Assembly: GCA_035221665.1 (NCBI GenBank)
Contig: CM069143.1
Coordinates: forward strand, 46,128,001 to 46,192,000
Reading direction: 5' to 3'
Source: Okamejei kenojei
Taxonomy: Eukaryota
Length of the DNA stretch: 64,000 nt
Shown: in pieces, positions 24,627-35,815 of the stretch
Position numbering within the stretch: position 1 is the first letter of the stretch
Layout: each line of letters begins with the position of its first letter
Made by a program: the position numbers and the translations under genes
The notes under the pieces: model-generated
Seen by the model: only the letters and a program-made list of their open reading frames with translations
Database searches by the model: none
Told to the model about the DNA's origin: nothing

Positions 24627-25988
24627 CTGTGCCACCGACATGAGCCAACATCTATTAACTTTTGCTTCTACGGTAAAGATAGAGGGAAAGAACATAACCA
24701 GGAATCTTATTTTTGATTTCTATTCAGGAACTAAAACAGATTTAGGCAGGGGCACAATTTAAGCTTGTCAAGTGACCTGCTGACACTTATTTTCTGTGCT
24801 CACATGTGAAGAATGGGCCTTTGGATGAAAGTTGAGGGTAACCAGCACCAGTGAAACGGATTCCATGTGGGAGACAGGATTCTCATGAAAGGATGGTGAA
24901 TATTGAGAAATATTGGAAAGGGAACTAAGATGGGAAAACATTTCATAAAATTACGCAGCATGGAAACAGGCACTTTGTCCACTATGACTATATCAACATT
25001 TTTGCCAATCTATGCTAATCTTGTTTGTCTGCATTGGTACCAAATCCTTGTGTTTCTTAGATGGTTGTTGTTGGAAATGCTTAATGGAGGCACTGTGGAT
25101 GCCTAACTGCTGAGAACATTTGAGGCCCAATTGATTGGTTGTTTGGTCATGAAGGGAAATGGAGGGTTCAGGAATTGAATGTTAAACTGAATGTCCAGCA
25201 TGGGTTCTATTGAAAACCTGTGGAAGGGCAGAGTGGCCTCAAATGGTATTTTCCTACTTCTGCTTTTTTATATATTCTGGAAAGCATATTTAAGCCATAA
25301 TTGCAGACTCAGACACCCAAATACAGTCGTCGAAAAAGCTTGAATATAGTTCAAATGAAAGAAACATTTTTTGCATGCTGATGAAATCTTAAAGAAAAAA
25401 AACATTAATCTTCCCATATTTTGGTACAATTTCGTATCTACTTCATTATATATTAATTCTTTAATGTGTATCAGTTGATCTATTTTTGTACTTGTAATTC
25501 ATAGTCAAAACACAAGTCTTATGTCGGTTACTGTCACTCACTAATATTTCAACAATATGGCAATAAATTACTTTATAATTAAGACTACCAAGTAGTATTA
25601 AATGACTCAAATATGACTTGAGAAAGAGGAGGCTAATTACATTGTGGTACAGTGGTAGAGACGAGTGGATGGGCTGCTGTATCCAAACAAGCACTGCTGA
25701 AACACAGTCACATCTGCACTTACAATTTTCAATTGCTAATCTAACAAACTCAAATTATGTGTGGAGCATTTCAGTTTCATAATGGTGTAATTAAAATTGA
25801 TTATTATGAAATTTGAAAGCAACGGGTTATTTCTGTTGAGCATTTTGGAAGCCAGCAAATTCATTAATGACTTGAAAATATTAGCTTTGTGCATGGTTTG
25901 AACAGGCATTTTTTACATAACTACATCCCTACAGCTATTTCATTTGATGCCCACATAGTATTTGGATTCTCTTTTCCAAAAGCTCATG

Positions 25989-26240
25989 GGTGGCACGGTG
26001 GTGCAGCGGTAGGGTTGCTGCCTTACAGCGCGAAAGACCCGGGTTCGATCCTGACTATGGGTGCTATCTGTACAGAAGGTATTTGTTCGCCACGTGACCA
26101 CTTGGGTTTTCTCCGGGTGCTCTGGTTTTCTCTCACACTCCAAAGATGTATCAGTTTGTAGGTTAATTGGCTTCAGCAAGATGGTCAGCATGGACTCGGT
26201 GGGCTGAATGGCCTGGTTCCACGCTGTGTCTCTAAAGTTG
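25989..26240 (+). mobile_element. HE1-like SINE (internally deleted)
   Basis: GGCACGGTGGTGCAGCGGTAG A-box region and GGTTCGATCC B box; tail GGCCTGGTTCCACGCTGTGTCTCTAAA. Confidence 0.88.
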
Positions 26241-26829
26241 AAAGTTTCTGCTTTCACATTCAATGCAACAAATCTGCCGAGAATGGACCGGATCTGCTGG
26301 CAGATAAGTCCGTATCTGGGCTATTACAAAGTGTCGGCTGAAGTGCAGCTTTCCACTCAATGGGCAGGTTTCCCAGCCTGCTGTGGGACACCTGCTCTCA
26401 GGCTGGGAAATCTGCCCACTGGGCCTGCACAGGATTAAACCTCATGCAAGTACAGAAGTCCCATTAAAACGAATGGGAAAAATTGGCAGCTGCTGACAGA
26501 TAGGTAAGTAGACGTTTTTAGCAGTCAGGAACATGGACCTGTGTTGTTTAATAGCTGGAGTTGCTACCAACTCTACTCCCCATGCACAAGGATGGCCATC
26601 CCTTGTGGCTTGGACAGTGATTAAACACGAGGATGTCAATGCCAGCAATCACAACATTTCCAGAACTAAAACAAATTGCCCAAATCAAAGATCAACTACT
26701 GCCATCTGCCAATTTGGCACGATTTATAAATGACTGGCACGTTAAATGAAAGTCTGATGGTATTTATTCGATAGATCCTGAGATTCATTCCAACTTAAAA
26801 AAAGGACGTAAAAATTATATTATGATTCA

Positions 26830-26977
26830 TTTCTTTTTGCATCAGAAATTGCTCACAACTTTCATGATATCTATTCTGTTTGTATATTAACCAGTGGTTA
26901 AAATCGGTTATACAATGAGGAATCCCAAATGTGGATCAGGATCAGTCATGAGAGATAATAGAGTATCTATCCTTGAA
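26830..26977 (+). repeat. About 150-bp direct repeat, copy 1 (copy 2 at 28570-28722)
   Basis: GCATCAGAA.TTGCTCACAACTTTCATGATATCTATTCTGTT...CCCAAATGTGGATCAGGATCAGTCATG occurs twice. Confidence 0.9.
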
Positions 26978-27630
26978 TCATGACAAATCTTAAAGCGAAT
27001 AGTCCAGTATGTTTTTTTCTTCCCAGAACTTATTAACATTGAGAAGTTGAAGGCAGAGGAAACTGTAACATATTATTGCTCTTTCAAATAAAATACTGTG
27101 GTTCAAATAAAACTTGGGTAGATTCATGAAAGTCTCTTCTGATATAAGATTGGGACCATTGTAATTTCACCCATGTAAACCTAATTAATAATGGAGATAA
27201 AATTCTGTTCTTCGTGAGCTCCTAATAGTTTATAATGCAAGTTGTAATGTGTGATAATGTAATAACTTTGGAGGATAAGCTCCACTTTCATACAAGCTAC
27301 TGCATACAAATATTAACTGCAGACCACTATTGAAAAAAACATTGCAAATATTTTCCAGGTTACTTAATCACCAACATTCAAATAAAATTTGGATTTAGTT
27401 TCTCATCTTTAAAACAGTCGTTGAAGTAAATGAGAAGTGTGATGTAGCAAATAGGTCTAGGGACTCTTTCCTTCAGCAATTGAACTAATTGCTTGAAGGA
27501 AACCAAACAACAGAATTGGATTAATGATCTTTTTGCCCACCTCTTATGATATTTTGCAAAACACCAGTTATTATTCTGTCTGTTTCCTGTTTTTGTCCCT
27601 CCATTGTTACATAGAACATAGAATAGTACA

Positions 27631-27872
27631 CTAGTCGCACTAGCTTCTCATTTTCACACCACAGACAGCTTACAATGGCTTGTTCCCTTTATCATCGATA
27701 CTTTTTTGCATATCTTTCATTCATTGTTCTTTATCTCTCCACATCGTCTATATCTCTCGTTTCCCTGATCCCTGACCAGTCTGAAGAAGGGTCTCGACCC
27801 GAAACGTCGCCTATCTCCTTCGCTCCTTAGATGCTGCTGCACCCGCTGAGTTTCTCCAGCTTTTTGTGTAAC
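27631..27872 (+). mobile_element. 242-bp Penelope-tail element with intact minimal hammerhead core and 14-bp TSD
   Basis: CTGAAGA-A-GGGTCTCGACCC-GAAA-C-GTC at 27781-27808; CATAGAATAGTACA duplicated at 27617-27630 and 27873-27886. Confidence 0.8.
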
Positions 27873-28260
27873 CATAGAATAGTACAACACAGGAACAGGC
27901 CCTTCGGCCTACAATGTTTGTGGCGAACATGATGCCAAGATAAACTGATCTCATCTCCCTGTACATGAACCATATCCCTCTACACCTTGTACTTGCACAT
28001 GCCTATCTAAAAGCCTCTTAAACGGCACTTTCGTATACCACCACCATTACTAGTGGCAATGCGTTCCAGGCCCCCATCATTCTCTGTGTGTAAAAAAACT
28101 TGTCCCGCATATCTCCATTAAACTTTCCACCTCTCCCCTTCCTGTTATGCTCTAGTGTTGGACATTTCCACCCTGGGAAAAAAGTTCTGACTATATACCT
28201 TATCTATGCCTCTCATAATTTTACATACTTCTACCAAGTCTCCCCTCAATGTCCAACATT
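27873..28260 (-). mobile_element. CR1 LINE 3' fragment (tail extends to about 27609)
   Basis: Same family as 5180-5657. Confidence 0.85.
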
Positions 28261-28569
28261 GGCATAATCATTACTCTCAGCCGTTACTCAAATTAATTGA
28301 TGATCTTTGATCAGGTAAAAGGCCCGTTCCAAAATGTCAGACAATCTTAATTCATAACTGCAGCACCTTACCTGGCAAGCAGATTGAGAGCTAGTTAAAT
28401 TTAGTAAGACGGACTGGGCAGGATTATCACAGGCAGGCTTGAGACTTCAACATCAGCTGTTTGAATGAGAATCAAGATTCTGACTACATGAGTTGCCAGA
28501 TCAAAGACTGATTTTATTTAATGTGAATCAATCCTAATCTGTTAACAGCTCTTTCCCTTTCATTTTAGC

Positions 28570-28722
28570 TTTCTTTTCGCATCAGAATTTGCTCACAACT
28601 TTCATGATATCTATTCTGTTTATATATTGCCAGTGGTTAAAAACAGTTATACAATGAGGAATTCCTTACCCAAATGTGGATCAGGATCAGTCATGGGAGA
28701 TGATGGACTATCTATACTTGAA
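28570..28722 (+). repeat. About 150-bp direct repeat, copy 2
   Basis: See 26830-26977; differs by a short insertion and several substitutions. Confidence 0.9.
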
Positions 28723-29333
28723 AATACTTTTAAAATGACTGTCTATGCTTTTTGCTTGGCTAGTAATTAAGGCACATTATGGTAGGTTTTCTAAGCAATC
28801 AACTGATAAAGTTGAATGTTCTTCAAACTAATCAATTAAGGTCAATGGGATAAAATCAGGCAAATTCTATGCAGGGTGGGAAATCCACTGCCTCCATGGT
28901 GCAAATCAAAATCTGCCTCAACCTTTATTGTCAAAAAGAAGTTATAATCAAAACTTTAAACCTTCCATTTGTCCCTTATTAGGGACTTCAACAGCAGAAC
29001 ATACATACTATCTCTATGCTTGGACCTGAGGATATGCATTCTTTTTATCAGAGATTTAAAATTTATATTCATCGGAAAGATGCTCTACGGCTTTATGGGA
29101 CTCTGACAATGGGGAATGGTGTGTTGGTTTTCCATGTAGTTACACCCACAACTCCATACCTTAGTGTTGGTTGGGTAAAGCTACACAGCCGCTGAATGGT
29201 GGCATACGGAATGGTTTATAGCCTGCAATGTGGCTGAAAGCAACACAAAGCCCAAGATATTCCTTTGTATAGTGGAACACTTTGAGAAAGACTGCCATCA
29301 GAAATGAAATTACTAATCTGTTATAGTACTTTT

Positions 29334-29659
29334 ATGAGAGCGATGTTAGAATCTTGAAGTGGACTTGCCTGCAAGTGTGTTCATGTACCAAACTCTATGG
29401 TCACAGTATTATTGCCCCTAATTGAATTACTTAAAGCCTACCTCATTTTTGAACAAGAGAATTTCAAATTGCACTTAATGCCCCAATACATATCTGGGAG
29501 CCTTTATGTGTAAATATAAGTTGGAGCGTCAAAAGGCATTTGAAATTCTCTTGCTTGAGTAAATTTGAGGGGCTGATTTACCTGGTCTGTGGTTATCGAG
29601 TTTTGTATATGAACATTCTTGCAGGCAAGTCCACTTTAAGGTTCGAACATTGCTCACAT
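29334..29659. repeat. 326-bp fold-back (long inverted repeat, possibly an old MITE)
   Basis: Arms 29334-29406 and 29587-29659 are complementary at 60/73 positions without gaps; an inner perfect 16-bp pair lies at 29454-29469 / 29538-29553. Confidence 0.9.
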
Positions 29660-31464
29660 TGACATCATTTCCTTCCTGGAGTCACATTTCTTTCCTCACT
29701 GCAGATCTCCTTCTGTCCCTCATCACCACATCCTAGCTGATTGTGTCTGTGACCATTCAATCCAGCAACATATTGTGACCTCAATCACCTCTTCCAGCGA
29801 AGTATGAAGCTCCTCCCCCGATACTCAACTCTATTCTTGCAGTTTCTCTGTGATCTCCTTCCACTATAATTTCCCCTCACCCCCTTGAATTCTAGTACTA
29901 ATGCAACAATGGCTTTGCGTGCATGCCATTTGCCAGGTTGATATTGTTTGCAAGTTTTTTTGCCGTATGCGCAATAAAGTATTGTGGCTGGGTGCCCAGA
30001 CATAAATCACACTGTCCCATTGCACATTGCTAGTTTTATGTGTCTTTTGAGGCACAGAACAATTTCGCGCCCCAGATATTTGACAAGTCGGCTGGTGTGC
30101 AAGAGGAGCAGCAGCAGCATGGTTAGCTTTGGCATCATGACAGCCAGCTGTGTGAAAGCATTGCATTAAAAACCATGAAAGAGCAATGTCTTTAGTCATA
30201 GTGGTTAGAAGCTGGAACACACCATCTGGAGTCTTCCCAAGTTTAATCTGAAGACTTGGGTAACTCTGAGCTTGTATAACTCTAAGCATTTCAGTTCAGT
30301 TCTTTCAAGAAAGTTGGAGTCACAACTCAAATGCCTCACTAGTAAAGTTCCTGGTGCTACCACATGCAATGGTCGAGTGCACCAACACAAACCACTTCTT
30401 AAAAGTACTTTACACATCTACGCTACGGTAGTGGAATAAGGTTTAATTCAAGTGAAAATGTCAATGTACACTTGTCAAACTGAATGGTTTTTATGCTGCT
30501 AAATTCCATGTGAGTCTGTGTAGATTTGCAAAAGAAAGGGTAACTGGATAGTTGAGGAGCCCTCGAGGGACAATGGGAGGCCGGACATCGTGTCAGATAG
30601 AAAATGCAACCGAGCATGAGGAAACCAGAAATAAAAGGCGGAAATAATTTTCAATGGGGAACTGCAGTTTTATTCTCTTCGTGCATGAGATGGTATTGGC
30701 TAGAAGAAAGGATGGCTTTCATTATTCAAATCTTCTTTGCAATCTCAGGACAAAGTTTATACATTTGTGTTCATAACATTCGAGCCAAAAACACAATTTG
30801 TAAAATTTACCCCAAGGTCACAAAATAAAAATAGATAATGAAGACCATTTGGTTCACCTTAATTCACAATGAATTGAAAAGCATATGGGGCCTACTGACC
30901 TCTTCATTCACATTCCCAACATATGCTCCAAGCAAACAAAGCTGTGCACTCAGAATCCTAACATTTATCCTGTTGTTTTAATGAACAGACTTTCTCTATC
31001 ATATAAGATACACATTTACTTAATGTAACAAAATCAATCTTGAGAAAACTAAATCTCCGCATTCTTACAAATTGAAAAAATCTTCAAAGGTTTTATTTAG
31101 TATGAAGAGGTCTGATTATAATGGAAAGTCAATTAGCTATTGTAAAAAAGCTCCTGATTAGGTGAGTGGCAGGGAAAGTGGTGGATATTGATTGGCTTGA
31201 GAGAGAGAATGGTTTACAGGAAAATAAAGTGGGTAAATAGGACTGAATGGAATTCTCTTGACAGCATAAACCTGATGGGCCAATTGGCCTCTTCCCATGT
31301 GTATCAAATTATTATTGGAAAAGTTGTCACATTCAGCATATATAAAATTAAGGGAAAATTGAAATAACCCATGTAGTTTTGTGTAGTTTTTTGTAACTGC
31401 AATGAAATTGGTATCCTTCAACACGTTTAACATTTTTTTACCTTCTCTCTCTTTTTTTTTACAG

Positions 31465-32130
31465 GAATCCCCTAAATTCTCTTTCCTTTGAATCTCATCA
31501 CTACCTTTTGAAACCTCCATGGAACCCAGGCCATCCCTAGAAGTGGAGCACCCAAGCCTCACCATAGAAACGTGTCCATTTACGAGCATCTTAGTGTCGG
31601 CAATCAAAGGCAACGGAAGAGGCCCTCATTCACATCGCTGACCTGTGACCCTGTCAGGCATTTTGCACTGTGCAACATCTGATTTGAGGGTCTGTTCACG
31701 TCGGTTTTATCTTAACAGAACACAACTGTCTCCTTTGCGAGAACTCAACTATCTCAGGGTGTTTAACATTAAAAAACATGCAAAAATTAGTGCTGATTCT
31801 TATTTATTAAATTTGGAAAATGTATTATTGTTCTGTAGGGCCAAGGAAGATTCTAATTCTTCATAAGATATTCTGTAAATACTTTAATTTTTTGTTACTA
31901 AATTATAAATATATGCTTAGCTCTTTGGAGCACTGCTTTTCTTCTGTAGCTTGAGGCGTTAAAATGTTCCGTCTTATAAAGAATGTGTTGTGCAAATTAA
32001 TCCTAATTATTGTAAAAAAAAGCATAGAAATAATTATTAAAATAAAATGCTTCACTTTATTATATTAAAGAGTCGTGCAGCTAATATATTGTCAATGAAG
32101 AGGCTCCCAAGTTCTGTGAAAATAAAACAA
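31465..32130 (+). other. apln: Probable apelin exon 3 (non-coding 3' UTR)
   Basis: Very strong acceptor CCTTCTCTCTCTTTTTTTTTACAG| at 31464, AU-rich downstream sequence, and AATAAA at 32041 and 32121. Mammalian APLN has a wholly untranslated third exon. No transcript evidence. Confidence 0.6.
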
Positions 32131-32327
32131 AAATATAATTATTTAAGAAAAAACAAGAGCCTCAGTGCCTGATTGCAAGTATCTGACTTTTTCTTAACAC
32201 ATTAAAAAAAACATCCCTCAAAAGTTAGATGTGCTCTCATTGCAATGTGTTTCGAAGGCTTTGAACTTCATTGAGGAGAACTGCTGTTAAGTGCTGGCAA
32301 GAGTTCAGGGATTTTTTAAAGTATATA

Positions 32328-33823
32328 CAGTGGCTTGTAAAAGTATTCATACCCCTTGAACTTTTCCACATTTTGTCACGTTACAACCACAAACGTAAAT
32401 GTATTTTATTGGGATTTTATGTGATAGACCAACACAAAGTGGTGCATAATTGTGAAGTGGAAGGAAAATGATACATGGTTTTCAAATTTTTTTACAAATA
32501 AAAAACTGAAAAGTGTGGCGTGCAAAAGTATTCAGCCCCCTTTACTCTGATACCCCTAAATAAAATCCAGTGCAACCAATTGCCTTCAGAAGTCACCTAA
32601 TTAGTAAATAGAGTCCACTTGTGTGTAATCTAATCTCAGTATTAATACAGCTGTTCTGTGAAGGCCTCAGAGGTTTGTTAGAGAACATTAGTGAACAAAC
32701 AGCATCATGAAGCCCAAGGAACACACCAGACAAGTCAGGGATAAAGTTGTGGAGAAGTTTAAAGCAGGGTTAGGTTATAAAAAAATATCCCAAGCTTTGA
32801 ACATCTCACAGAGATGATGATCAATCCATCATCCAAAAATGGAAAGAGTATGGCACAACTGCAAACCTACCAAGACATGGCCATCCACCTAAACTGACAG
32901 GCCGGGCAAGGAGAGCATTGATCAGAGAAGCAGCCAAGAGGGCCAATGTTGAAACAAAGCCATAAGAAATCCCATTTGCAGCTTGCCACAAGCCATGTGG
33001 GGGACACAGCAAACATGTGGAGGAAGATGCTCTGGTCTGATGAGACCAAAATTGAAGTTTTTGGCCTAAATGCAAAAGGCTATGTGTGGCGGAAAACTAA
33101 CACTGCACATCACCCTGAACACACCATCCCCACTGTGAAACATGGTGGTGGCAGCATCATGCTGTGGGGATGCTTTTCTTCAGCAGTGACAGGGAAGCTG
33201 GTCAGAATTGATGGGAAGATGGATGTAGCCAAATACAGGGCAATCTTGGAAGAAAAACTGTTAGAGTCTGCAAAAGACTTGAGACTGGGGCGGAGGTTCA
33301 CCTTCCAGCAGGACAATGGCCCTAAACATACAGCCAGAGCTACAATGGAATGGTTTAGATCAAACCATATTCATGTGTTAGAATGGCCCAGTCAAAGTCC
33401 AGACATAAATCCAATTGAGAATCTCTGGCAAGACTTGAAAATTGCTGTTCACAGGCGCTCTCCATCCAATCTGACTGACCTTGAGCTATTTTGCAAAGAA
33501 GAATGGGCAAAAATTTCAGTCTCTAGATGTGCAAAGCTGGTAGAGACATATCCCAAAAGACTTGCAGTTGTAATTGCAGCGAAAGGTGGTTCTACAAAGT
33601 ATTGACTCAGGGGGGCTGAATACTTTTGCATGCCACACTTTTCAGTTTTTTATTTGTAATAAAATTTGGAAACCTTGTGTCATTTTCCTTCCACTTCACA
33701 ATTATGCACCATTTTGTGTTGGTCTATCACATAAAATCCCAATAAAATACATTTACGTTTGTGGCTGTAACGCGACAAAATGTGAAAAAGTTCAAGGGGT
33801 ATGAATACTTTTGCAAGCCACTG
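32328..33823 (+). mobile_element. Tc1/mariner DD34E transposon, Passport-like (1496 bp, internally deleted)
   Basis: About 215-bp IR/DR-type TIRs starting CAGTGGCTTG; TA on the left, TT on the right. Confidence 0.95.
32707..33605 (+). pseudogene. Tc1 transposase, disrupted N-terminus and intact DD34E domain
   Basis: MKPKEHTRQVRDKVVEKF start; frameshift or stops near 32815; deletion near 32947; WSDE, FQQD and NPIE with 34 residues between the second D and E. Confidence 0.92.
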
Positions 33824-35569
33824 TTTCTGCATGGAACAGTGAACCACATCAATTGCATACAGATCAACTTGCCAGTTTCCATTAGCTTATACCTGTTAAC
33901 CACTGTCAGAGGTCTTGGACTGCAGCTAATCGGAGTTCACCAAGGTAAAAAGATAATGATCGTGAAATTCACTCGTGTAGCACGTGACTTCTAGGTGCAT
34001 TGCAATCAATCATGCAGCATGTAACTTTGGAGAACAAGCTTCCATGTGCTTGACATGCACCAGGCACTGAAAGTACAAGCCTGCTCCTTCAATCACGTGT
34101 CTGGAAACCAGTTCCTCATCACTCTCCCTCCTGAAAGATAGGACAAATAGATGTTGAACTTTCAATTGACCCCATTGCCTATAAATTATAATGCACAGCG
34201 CCACATGTTGTGATTCCTCTACTACTGATTTTCCGTCTCTGCACAAGCCAGATAAGCTAGAAACAATCAATTACAAATACTAAACATATTTATACTTGTA
34301 GTTGAGAATAAAACCATAAGGTCACCTAGTTTGTGTCAGTTTTCCACAGGCCTTTGCATTTGACCCTTTGCTGCATGGTATGTGAGGTCAAGCTAGTGCC
34401 TGGTTGCTCACCTAAAGTGGAGGATGGATGCGATGGATGCCCATGAGCGTATCTGCCCAATGAGCAGCTACAAGTAACCGTTGGAATAGTGGTGGGACCC
34501 GAATGGTGTCATCCTGAGAGAGATTAGCAGCTTCACAATTAGTGAAGCTATGACCACATACCAGGGTAGACCATCGGCTGAACTCAAAGCCTGCTTGTGG
34601 CTTGATCACTGGAATTCCCACACAAGCTCTCAGGCAGCCAAATAATGGCCAGGTTTCTCTGTGTGTGTTGTAATTAATGTTCATCTATGGATTGCATGAT
34701 AGATAGGGTGATCTGAGAATTCAGGGGGGGAAAATGGGTGCAGCCAAACTATTTTGTGAGATGGCATATGAGCTGCCTTCTCCCCCAGCCACAATGCAGT
34801 CTACTTGTGGCTGGCGATTGAACAGGTGTAGATTCTGCCTTTGAAACCTTTCCTACTGCGCCTGGCAATTTGCTGTCCGCCAGCGACTCCAAGTGTCGGA
34901 GGCAGTGATGTGGTGCCTGCCTTCTTACTGTTCTGACTACTGAGCCCTGCTGCCTGATCCTGGATGAGTGGCATGTATTGCCCAGTGCAGCATTGTGATC
35001 GTGGTGAGGAGAGGGACAGGAAAAACAACAGACTTGGAACATCTGGATGGTGTAAAGCAGATGGGTTTGCAGAATGAAGTGGAGATGAAACACAAGGAGT
35101 AGGATTGGTTAAGAGCAAAACATTATCTTCAGTAATCTGCTGTGTGGCAGCCAAGCCATTGTCGATCTTCTGTAGAATAGTTAATACACAAAAGGACATA
35201 AAGTGCTGGAGTAGCTAACGGGTCAGGCAGCATTGCCATAGAACACAAATAGGTGACATGCAGTCTGAAGAAGGCTCCCAACCTGTCACCAATCCATGTT
35301 CACCAGAGATGCTGTCTAACCTGCTGAGTTACTCCAGCACTTTGGATCCTTGTCAACCTCTATTTTTCAAATAACTGTCTGTAGGCACAGTTGAGTCTCT
35401 TGCCAGTTTGCTGGTTCAGTCTCTCTTTGCATGCATCCTTTTATTGCATGGGACATTAGCATTTTTCAATGTGCATATATGGTATGCCTACAGTGACTGG
35501 ATCGCTAAAGGTTTGAGATGTATGCATGAGTGATGGTATTTGACTGAGGTTGTGTGCATGTCTGCAGAG

Positions 35570-35815
35570 GGGATTTGTTGCGTTTCTACTGGCCTTTATC
35601 TTGTGGAATTGGTACCAAGTTCTAAGGGCTTTACTGCAGCCATTTATCTCCAATGGCCATTTAGATGCTGCTGCACCCGCTGAGTTTCTCCAGCACTTTT
35701 GTCTGCCATTTATTCCTTCTTGCTTATCCTTTCTATCAATGGGAACTTCTCTACAAGTGTCCAACCTTTTCACCAAGATTTCCAGGTCTGCTTCGATGAA
35801 AGGATTGTCCATCCA
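35570..35815 (-). pseudogene. Possible Myb/SANT-like ORF relic of a PIF/Harbinger transposon
   Basis: PFIEADLEILVKRLDTCREV...W.LEINGCSKALRTWYQFHKI resembles Harbinger Myb/SANT domains; interrupted by a 41-bp insert (35664-35704) with a GCCATTTA duplication. Confidence 0.5.

Noticed and set aside
25989-26060. tRNA gene (A and B boxes)
   Set aside because: It is the tRNA-derived head of a SINE that continues into the SINE body and tail; no complete cloverleaf.
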